A model generated the notes under the pieces. The model worked only from the letters and a program-made list of their open reading frames with translations. It was not told the origin of the DNA and did not search any database. Of a stretch of DNA of 64,000 nucleotides, positions 54,238 through 64,000 are shown piece by piece (position 1 is the stretch's first letter; each line of letters begins with the position of its first letter). Origin of the DNA: Laetmonice hystrix. Taxonomy: Eukaryota. The stretch is taken from NCBI GenBank assembly GCA_965235115.1, contig OZ249443.1:7006001-7070000 (forward strand), given 5' to 3'. Position numbers and translations under genes: made by a program.

Positions 54238-55230
54238 TCCGGTCTCATGCCGCATGTACTTTGTATCCGGGCCGGAGAAGCCAGCGTTCCCAAGTATTCC
54301 TTGCTGGCTGTTTCCAAGTCCGAAAGGTTTGTTTCCCCCCATCGATCCTGGACCAGACCCTATTCCATTGCCTCCAAAGTTTCCAGCCATGCCACTGCCA
54401 CCGAACTGCGGTCCCATGTTCATTCCTTGCATGTTGTTCATGTTCATGGGCATGTTGCCCATGTTCAGGTTCATTCCCATTGAATGCAGTCCACCGTTGG
54501 GGTTACCTGTCCCAGGGTTCATGCCCATATTGTTCATTCCCATGTTGTTCATATTGTTCATACCCATGTTATTCATACCCATGTTCATATTCATGCTAGA
54601 ATTTGGGTTGTTGGGGGAGGGGAGGCTGGGGGCTGGGGCCCCGGAGTTGGCGCTGCCGCCTCCCGGCATCAGATTACCCTTGAGGAGGGAGTTGACAAGA
54701 GCAAGCTGCGAGTCTCTGGTCGCGTTGATCATCCGGTTTAGTTGTTGTGGATTGCCGTTGTTGTTTGGCATTGAGTTCGAGCCAGGTCCGGCGCCCATTC
54801 CTAAGGAAGACACCTGTGGCTGCCGTTGTTGTTGCTGCTGTTGTTGATGATGTTGTTGTTGGTGGTGGTGATGTTGCTGTTGTTGATGTTGTTGGTGGTG
54901 GTGTTGAAACCCTAGTAATCCCGGCTGAGAACGACCATTGTTGTGATGATGCATACTGCCACTATTGCGTCCTCCAGGGTTACCGTAACTGTTCGGGTTA
55001 TTGCCACCGTTATTACTGTAGTCTCCCCCTCCTCCTCCACCTCCTCCACCTCCTCCTCCTCCTCCTCCCCTCGAGTAACCATTCCCTGAGAATCCAGAGT
55101 TACTGTAACCGGAATTATTGAATGCCGTATTCGACATCATCCCGGAGTTAGGTGAGAAGCCAGCCGGGGCGTTACCCAGCAGACCCTGGCCGCCATGGCC
55201 GAGGGCGGGCGCCCTGCCCCGGTTCATCAT
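54238..55230 (-). CDS. Large (probably first) coding exon, 331 codons: G/N/M-rich prion-like domain with poly-Gly, poly-Gln/His and MNNMG repeats; N-terminus of a probable nuclear RNA-binding protein
   Basis: Long ORF (track 53983-55239) with non-repeat-derived codon variety; GTCATGATG start with purine at -3; perfect donor GGA|GTAAGT at 54238/54237, after which the ORF degrades into intronic microsatellite; phase matches exon 41145-40893. Confidence 0.85.
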
Positions 55231-55578
55231 GACATCCACGTCCGATCTCTTCCCGTGTGGTGACGGTGGTGGAAGTGGTGCAGGCGGTGGTGGTGGTGGT
55301 GGTGCTAGACTGTGGCCAGAGTTGGCTGGCAGCGTTGGCAGGCTTTCTCCGGGTCCTCTCAGAGGTGGGCGGGCCGTGGACGAGTGACAGGCAAATGGTG
55401 TAAATGGGTGAAGGTTGAAGCCGGGTGGAGAAAGTACACCTCTCTTGAAGGGCGGCGCATAGGGGCCCCGGTAAGACTAGAACTGCCTATGGGTACCTCA
55501 CCACGGCTGTTGAGGGAGGGCCACCTGCCCTCCTGGCATAGACGACTGTCTTAATGCGGCAACTGATATCGGGTCTTC
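55231..55578 (-). other. Putative 5' portion of the same exon (5'UTR or non-AUG extension) with two uORFs
   Basis: Acceptor ttgtccattctttcag|GAAG at 55579/55578; all three frames close by 55477; uORFs at 55539-55498 and 55460-55359. Confidence 0.5.
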
Positions 55579-57820
55579 CTGAAAGAATGGACAATTCAAG
55601 TTTATAGTGTGACACTAGCAGAAAAATGTAACAACAGGTAACTGGCGGAATGAGTGGCAGTGGTGTGTGGTGGTAGCAGTATTGGGTGAAGTCTTAGGAA
55701 CTAGTGTTGAATGCAGTGGCAGTAAGGTAGTAGTGATACTAGTAGTAGTATGTAGGAGTAGTTGCCGTAAGAGCACTCAATGAAACCTGGGACATCCACA
55801 GAATCTCCTCCCCATTTATACACCACTACCCCCAGCAGTGACAGCAGCGAGAGGCAGGCAGCCCCTGCCGCTACATGACCAGACACCAAGAGCAGCAGCA
55901 GCAGCAGTAACAGCGCCCCCTACCCGATGAGGACGTCAACACAGGTGCACTGGACTAGGCATCGGCACCGCAGTGACGACCCTACTGGTAGTGGCGACGA
56001 GCTAGCAGGGAGGGAGTGTGTCAGTCAATGAGCTTACAACAACTTAGGATGCTTCAAATGTATGGATCAGACACGCTAATGAAAAGTGAGCCAAGAGGTG
56101 CTTTTTGCTTCTTTTGATCAATGAATGCCGTGTATGTCCAAGTTTATGGCTAAAACAATAGTGAGTATAGATTGATGGCTTGACGGATCCAGACACAGCC
56201 CCAGCACTTGAGGCCGTGTCGGCAGTACCAGCAAAGTGAGCCCATGTCATTCTACAGTGCCATGTGAGCGTACAACGAAAAGATAACAATGTCAGGATAT
56301 ATGGTATAATGCGAGGTGATTGGTATATACCAGGTGAGGGTAGCATAGGTGGTTTATATGGTGTTCTCTGTGGGGTACTGGGGAATGGGGGTGGGGGTGA
56401 AACACTGTCAAAAGGATAAAGTGTGAATGAGAGCAAGTAATGATTCCAATACCTGGAGCGAGAAAGCAGCATGCTCAGTAATGATGATACCTACACTGAC
56501 AGGAATAGCACTGATGGTCCCGTTAAGCACACATCAACCTAGATAGGTCTTTCAGCATACAATCAATACCCATCTAGAATTCAATATCCATGGCAGGGTT
56601 AACAGTTCTCCCAACACTCCTTAATCTTACGTTGAACTCCTTAATGTCACTGGAAGAAAATATCCTGATTTCAGGTTCGTAAAACAGAACTGTATCCTTG
56701 CAATACTGTGTTCCTATATGGTATCCGTAGGAACACTCTTTAATGTGCTATCCATGGTGCCGGGCTAGAGCTGTGAATATGGGGAGAAAAGGTAAATTAC
56801 TAGCAGAGTGAGTGACAAGTACTCCAGAAGGTAAAGTGTCTACTCCCGTGAACTGTTGATTCTTGCTGTTTAAACTGCTGTTAAAACGCTTTACACATAC
56901 TCCAGCACCCTCAGCCCTGGTGGTGCCTCACCACGCATTCCTTTACAGCAGCATGGTAGTGGGACGTCAAGAGACGGTCCATGCACAGGTAGGTCCTGCT
57001 GCCCGCAGCTCGTGGGGGTCGACCTCCCGTCCGTCCACCCTTCCCGTAGTAAACAAACACAACCTCTTCAACCACGTACTCCAGTAGTCCAGTGGTGCGA
57101 GCATGCAATGCCCTAATCTACCACCGGCGCTGGATTCCTGCTTCCACCTATAAACCAAAGGTACGCCTCACATAGTCGGTGGCCGGCAATGATATGGAGC
57201 CAGCTGTGTAGTTATGGAGGGGATAGCGACCGAGATGAAACAACCAACCCGGTGGTGGTGGGTGCGAGTTGGTGTGATGTGTGAGTGAGGGTGTGCGCCC
57301 GCGTGTGTGGCTGGTTGGCTGGTCGAGCACTGAAAGCGGCATGCGCTGATGGGATCGGAACTAACGACTGACAACAACTGGGGGGAGCCTCGCTTTCGTT
57401 TTCTGCCTGGGTCGCATATTACCAGCTGTCTGCCGCCGCTACCACCAGAACCACCGCCGCCCTGACGACGACTCAACAACCGGCCGGCAGGAGGTGGACC
57501 GCTGACTGGCTCCCGCTCCACCCACTGACGTCCTGCCAGCAGCTCATGCCTCCAGACAGCTCCTCCAGTAATCTCACGCACGTGGACGACTCCTGGCCAG
57601 CCAAACAGACAGGGACCTGGCAGGCGGCGGTGGCTGAGCCCAGTCAGTGGCAGGAAGCCTAACCATTCAGTGAGGAGATTTATTGAATGGACAAACTTGC
57701 ACACATCACAAACTCACCCGACTTCCCGCTGGCTACCTCCGTCAGCCAGCTGTGTGTGAATGACCACTGACCAGTCTATCCCCGCCCCACGACTCACACA
57801 CAGACACCGAGCCTCATCAA

Positions 57821-57830
57821 ACTTACCTGA
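57821..57830 (-). promoter_or_regulatory. Consensus 5' splice site CAG|GTAAGT; candidate end of an upstream non-coding exon (intron 57826-55579)
   Basis: Perfect donor consensus on the gene strand 2.25 kb upstream of the acceptor; the exon's 5' boundary is not identifiable. Confidence 0.35.
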
Positions 57831-59906
57831 GTATATCAGAAATATTCCCAGTAAATAAAATACAGACTAAGGTTTATACAGCTATACATAACCAAGAGAA
57901 TCAACCAGGCCACATCCAACGTAATGAACTGATCTGTCACACATGGATAACAGCATCTGTCACGTCCATATAGAATACATTCATGCCACACAAATACAAC
58001 ACAGATTTCACAGAGTATCAGGCCAAACAAAACACATAAATTCATAGATCTATTCTCCTCTCAGATAACGATCCACACATGTTGCCATGTCAGATATATC
58101 AGACCCACCATCCAGCGGGATAAATACAAATGACCTCACGGAACGTATGTTTTACATCAAAGTCCCCATGCCTCGCCGTCATCCAAGACCATTCCAGATT
58201 TATATTACAATACATTTGTATTTAGTATATCATAATACAACCACTCCTGATCACGATTTTATATCTGAGAGCCGTATTTCCTTTTACACCTGCCCATCAG
58301 ACCTCAGGTTGGTGCTGTACATATGCTTTACTGGAAAACCGCTAAAACGACACACAAATGGACTCCACAGCCCAGTAGACTGGGTGGAGAAACCAGCCCT
58401 GCAGCGAACCGACTAATTCCATGGGGCTATACTCCCGATCTCGACTTAATGACTAAACCTTACCAGGGAGCAGTAAAAAAAAACACCAGAAACCCATCCT
58501 TCATCTCACTCTAATCCACTGAATCCACACCTGAATGAAGACTCCTCAATCTGCCCAGTCATCGAGCCCTTCTCACCTGAACGCGCCTTGTGAAAAGCCT
58601 TAGTACAACAGAAACCTCAGCCGGTTGTACAATACGCTGGGCTGACAATGCGACACGGCTGTCTGTACAATAGAACTCCCCATGAACATTGTGACATGAT
58701 CTACGAATACACCACATGTGAAGGTACAAGGCCACCGTCAATAGGCGCTGTCATGACATAAATATTGCACGGCGCCGATACACACAATCCTTTTGGCCTG
58801 ATTACGGCAGCACCACCAGGTAGCCGTCATTGCGGGCCACGCTTTGTCGTACAGACACCTGCATTTTGATTCGCTTGTTCTGTGATATATTACTCAGTTA
58901 TATAAATTTACAATTTGAAACCTCACCACATACAAGGTCAAAAGTCACTGTCACTAGGTCCAGCTATTTAGAACGCGACCCCGAAATGAGCTAGACAAAA
59001 ATCAGGTGTGGCTTTCAACCAAAGATGGATAGAGCAATGACATGTGCAATATACATTTTCACGTTCCCTTTCTGAAACAAATCTATTTTTTATCTTCAAT
59101 ACATGTATAAAGAAAGATTACATGTCAAGGACACAAATTAAAGCATTCAGAAAGTCTTAGAACCTGATAAATATAGAGTCGGCAGGTGAGGAAGTTTCCG
59201 CAGTAGTTTTTCACGTACGGCAGTGCCAATCATTCTCTGCCCATATGAACTGCACTTCCTCTTCAATGGTGTTATCAAGACACCATTCACCAACTAAACT
59301 TGTTGTGGTTCAGCGAACCACACTGTACGGTAAAATATGACCCAGTCGTGTGGTCACAGACAATCTGCGCACCCCTCGACAACCTGGGCATCTCGACCTT
59401 AATAAACGGAACACGTCCCGGTCTACATCATCTTCTGTGTGACTCAAAATACCCGTGCCATCTTCAAAACGATCAAACAAAACGTCTGAAAGAAGGAGCA
59501 AAAATGCATCCATGTGTTTGTAAGGTCTGGACCAGCTTCCGTGGTATATGAAGTTGTGCTGAGCGGTCTTGTGGCTCAATCAGTGCGTGTCTGAGCTACC
59601 CGTGAGCTCATGATGAGAGGCCGAATTCTACAGCTGGATCAGACACGACAAGCCAAGGGGAAGCAATCTCACACCTGAGTGACCAGAACTTTATCAGTCT
59701 TTCCTATCTATTCCTCCTACCTCAATGAGGATGGTTAACTATTCAAATAATGCTATAAATAACCAAGATCAGAGGGAGGCACCAGAAAATCAACTATTCC
59801 GTGTCAGATCCGTACCTCCCATCAAACAAATCCAACCACTGGTTCAACCGACTTATGCCACACGGAACATGAAATGTAGTGAACTTCAGGATAGAAAGCA
59901 ATAGAA

Positions 59907-60182
59907 CAGGGGCGGATCCAGCTTTTCGAAAAGGGGGGGGGGGAATCCAATATTCTATGACCTAATGTCATGACGTAAAGTCAGAATATGGTTCATGCGT
60001 GGGGGGGTGAGAATATATTTGAATATATTTAGAAGGCAACAAGACCCATTTCCTGGCATCTGGAGATAGAAATTAAATTGTGAAGTTTCTCATTGAAGCA
60101 TTTAGACCTAGCCTATTTCCGGACAAAAAGGGGGTCCAGACCGCCCGGACCCCCCCCCCCCCCACCTCCCGATCCGCCCATG
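59907..60182. mobile_element. Non-autonomous DNA transposon (MITE), 276 bp
   Basis: TIRs CAGGGGCGGATC and GATCCGCCCATG (11/12 complementary); identical flanking TAGAA at 59902-59906 and 60183-60187; subterminal G and C runs. Confidence 0.8.
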
Positions 60183-60821
60183 TAGAAGCAGGTATTTGTC
60201 GCAAGGCGCGGACAATTACGGCAAAAACCAACTGGTCCTTCGTGTATAGAGTTGTAGACTCGTATTCAAACTATAGTGTTGTACATCTCACATCTTTGCT
60301 GGGGGTGGGGTGGGGTAAATTGAAACCGGAACTTTTACAGGATTCCAGATGGACACATCTGGTCTTTACCCAATGGTTTTTATGTTTTTCCCACACCAGT
60401 CCAACCGATGTGTCGAGTCCCACTGCCTGTGACATCGCCCCATGCAGAGACATTTAGTCTAAGCTACGCTGGGGAGGAAGAAAAATATGAACTAAATTGC
60501 CGAGGAATGACCTATGAGCCTTAGGGCCATAACTAACAATTCATGTCTAGATTTAAAACATGTGGATGGAAAACTTTTCACTGAACCACTGCCACAAGCA
60601 ACCTGGCTGGTTGGAAGGGCTTCATGTGACAATGAGATCATTATCACCTATCAACATGGCCGGCAGGTGTGAAACTACTGTCCATCATTGCCTTGAGTCG
60701 AGCAGGGGACCTCATCAGGACAATGATCTGCCCCCCCCCCCCCCTGTCCGACCGTCCGTCATACAGTACCAGTGGACTGCCCGAGGACACGGGACCAATC
60801 ACTCTCACTAATGATTACCGC

Positions 60822-60892
60822 GGAGGGGAAGGGGGGCAGGGACGGGGGGGGGGGGCAAGGGACGGGGGGGGGGGCAAGGGACGGGAGCGGGG
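60822..60892 (+). other. G-quadruplex-prone tract built from short (CAAGGGAC-Gn) repeats
   Basis: At least eight G-runs of 3 or more within 70 bp. Confidence 0.75.
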
Positions 60893-63267
60893 ACGTCCAT
60901 GCGACCTTTCTACATGTCACAATGAATTACAGATACACGCTGCCGCACGTGACGTGTGTGTGATCAACGGATACTAATTCAGGTCACAGCCGGGAGGGGG
61001 CGCCCGGGTGGCGTAACCCTGAGGGGTACATGAATCCTGCCGTGACAGGGACACTCAAGGTCGTGACTGCGGGGGCATACTTAGGGTGGTGGTGGTCTCC
61101 CCCCCCCCCCCCCCCTGAATCACAGATCTGTGTTCTCATTGAGACATCAACCTGCGGTATGTGCTCCTGTTCCTCAGTCAATGGAACCCTGAACATAACG
61201 TAAACAGTCCCGTGTTACTGTACTTATTGACCGTCCCATCTCACGTCATGTAATCCAATATCAATGGTACCCGCAGAAATCAAACCCTTTCATTTCATAG
61301 TCAACCACCCCAATGCTCTCCTATCCCGACGAACGAGTGATAAAGACCTCTCCACCGAGCCATCTCAGCACCATAGCCGACATCGACACGGATGGTGGCT
61401 TGACGTTTACAAAGTTATTTGCTCGCTGTCCGCATCCGACACCGATAGAGACCACTGCCAACATTGTGCCACATATCGGGTTATATCCTCCTCCCATGAA
61501 AGCCAGTGGTAGATCCACACGGCCAGCAGAAACCGGAGCGGACCTAAAACTAGGGGGGGGGGGGGGGGGGGGGGCTGCGCTTCGTTTTCCTCTAATTGCG
61601 CCGACCGAGGGAGCAGGCCTTCCAACACGAGCAGGTTTCAGCTTCGTAATGGGAGGCCTCCCATAAACCACTTCAGAGTGCCACTCAATGAGTCTCCGCG
61701 CGGACCGTGGACAGTCCCTACTGCGGCTGCCACATGATGGCGTTTTCTCCCAAACTTTTCAAATCCCGTGATGAACCTGCCATGTCTTCGCGTCCCACGA
61801 CTCCGACATGACGTACCCCTTCATCCAAGGGGATTTCAAAACAACCCCCTCTGGCATGCCAAGTCTCCCGCTTTAATTACATTTTTTACGCTTGTTTGCT
61901 GATGAAATCGTCCAAACTCTCACTTCTAAGAGCCGAAGCTCTGAGAATTTCTGATAAATTTTGTTCTAGAATAACAAATCAATATTTTCCATTAAATCAT
62001 GCAAGGCAGTGGCTGCGAATTGCTTTACCCTACAGCTGGTCATACAGTTAATTTTGAGTGTACTTTGTCACCACGTTAGGTTCTACTATATTTTTCATAA
62101 AATGAATTGGAAATCTGAAATTTCACAATTTTAAATCAATTTTGTGACCCCTGAAGAACCCTTCGATATCCCAAACAAGACTATCAAATGTCGCGTATGA
62201 TAAAATTTAGACGGTGACATGAGAAGACAAAAATCAATGTACTGGTGGATATTTACAACCGCATGTCGAGATTGGAAGTGTTGATCCGGATAAATTCCAT
62301 CAATAAAGCCGCATCTAAACGACTGGACCCAATGAATGTGCCTCTTCAGAGTGTTTGATTGATGGTTTGTGAACCATGCCTTCCGTGTTCAAAGATCCCC
62401 CTACTTGTGTCACTTCACACATCAAGATACTTCTAACTCGCTTACAGTTCAACGGGGTAAAAAATGAGTCCAATTCACTGCAACCGGTCACCAAAGAAAT
62501 TATTCCTACCCACGCTTACAAATAAGACGACATAGCATGAGTGAATGCTATACAGCTATATTTTCATGGACAGGAAGGAACGAAAGAAAGAAAGAAGGAA
62601 AGAGAAGAATCAACAAACCCTTTTTTGAAACACATTTCAAATACCCAAGGACTTCTTTAAGGCAAGCCGCAGTTTCAACATTAAGCAAACTCTGACATGA
62701 GTGTTGACTATAGGTCCACTTGCTTATATGACAAAACAGCAATGTGCCTGGACTGTTTTATCTCTACCTTCTACCGACCAAGCAGGAAGTATTGTAAGAA
62801 CCTGAAAGCGGACGCGGCCCCTATGCTACTAATACACAAACAACAACGAACAACGAACAATCCTTTCTTCCTAATAAAAGTCCCAGTCAACACCTGAAGA
62901 ATATTCGCATTATTCAATTCATGCAGATCGAAAATGGAACCCAACGATGACTCCCTGCCAATCTGTAGGTATTAATAACACATAATACGTCGGCTAGGGT
63001 CGTCATTCAACAGAATGAATGACATGAACATTGAATGGCCGTGTCCACTTTCTGTACCTGCGGGCATTCATGGACCACAGAGAAAGAAACAACTGCTCTG
63101 ACTGAAAAACACTGCGATCTATCGCAATGAGACCCACCTACAATAAACTATATTAGTACGTCATTGTTTTACACTTCACAAAAACCAAAAGGTTGTTCCG
63201 GCTTCTAACACGATCTTTAACCGAGTTGTTATTAAGAGAAGTTCAGGAGTTGGGAGCACATATTGTC

Positions 63268-63332
63268 TCATTGGACCGCAACGTTTCAACTCCTAACTGC
63301 GAGCCTGCGGCTAGAGAATCATCTGGAATACA
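63268..63332 (-). ncRNA. Degenerate type-I hammerhead-ribozyme-like motif (Penelope/retrozyme-type remnant)
   Basis: Minus strand reads TATTC-CAGATGA-[TTCTCTA...TAGGAGTT]-GAAAC-GTTGCG-GTC-CAATG. Core order is correct, but CUGAUGA is CAGAUGA and stems I and II are imperfect. Confidence 0.35.
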
Positions 63333-64000
63333 TGAATGATAAAACATATAGGATATGTCAAAAACACTACCACTCACACACAAACAAGTACATAGATTTA
63401 AAACAATACTAACAATGTATAACAACTGACATTTATAATACATCACAACGTCCACTTAATAATTCATTCAATTCTGAGACAGTCACAAAAACCAAAATCA
63501 TACAATTCATACACAATTTAAACCTGCCCCAGATCAAGACAATTGTACAGACAACAATAAGAACTATCATGGCATGCTAAGGTTTCCAGTCTGCTGTACT
63601 ATTTCACAGGTGTCATAAACTGACCCTTTGACCGGCAAGATGTCAGGTCAGGCAATACGCAGAACCCGCATTCATATCCAAACATAAATGTGCAAACCTC
63701 GCTTTATACATAATACACAATACGGTTGTAACATAGTCAACCCGAGCAGGTCAATATATCTGTCAGTAAAGTCATATCCTGCCCTGGTTTTCTAATGTAT
63801 TGGCACCTGTGGAAAGTCCATCCCACAGCTGAATATATAAACAAAGTATTAAAGTACAAGAAACCGACATCCTAGTACTGTATCGACGCCTTTCTCATCA
63901 AAAACTGGTCATAATGAATAAATCACAAAACCTTCTAACTATCTGAGGTACCTACCTGTTAACTTGCTGCCGACTGCAGGACAAGGTCATAATTGATGCT

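Noticed and set aside
54176-55554. Plus-strand ORFs opposite the large exon
   Set aside because: Antisense shadows of a low-complexity coding sequence.
55701-55920. Hydrophobic signal-peptide/TM-like ORF (LLLLLLLLLVSGHVAAG)
   Set aside because: Produced by a short (CAG)n tract; no ATG after the upstream in-frame stop.
57168-57704. 178-aa GC-rich ORF as an upstream coding exon
   Set aside because: GTG start, only a weak donor (CTG|GTAATA), no recognisable protein; could be UTR or intron.

Overview
Eukaryotic genomic DNA, probably from an invertebrate animal (inferred from spliceosomal introns, minisatellites and decayed transposon fragments). No prokaryotic operons, rRNA, intact tRNA or CRISPR array were seen. 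The only well-supported gene is on the minus strand. A ~1 kb coding exon (55230-54238) encodes a Gly/Asn/Met-rich prion-like region with poly-Gly and poly-Gln/His tracts. It splices in matching phase 0 across a ~13 kb intron to a 253-nt exon (41145-40893) encoding an Arg/Asp/Ser mixed-charge tract. The protein carries four GLLG/GILG motifs, one exactly matching the PTB-RRM2-interacting consensus. It looks like the N-terminus of a nuclear RNA-binding protein (Matrin-3/ZNF638-like or Pep/ZNF326-AKAP8-like; family not established). No folded-domain exon could be found. The rest is non-coding: seven tandem arrays (50/51, 83, 19, 33, 33/24, 42/38 and 137 bp units, one with a 912-bp higher-order repeat), a MITE with TIRs and TSD, weak LINE/LTR/Penelope-like remnants, a degenerate hammerhead-like motif and many G/C homopolymer runs. 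Most long ORFs in the track are by-products of the repeats. I found no convincing novel multi-gene system. All calls were made by eye without database searches.
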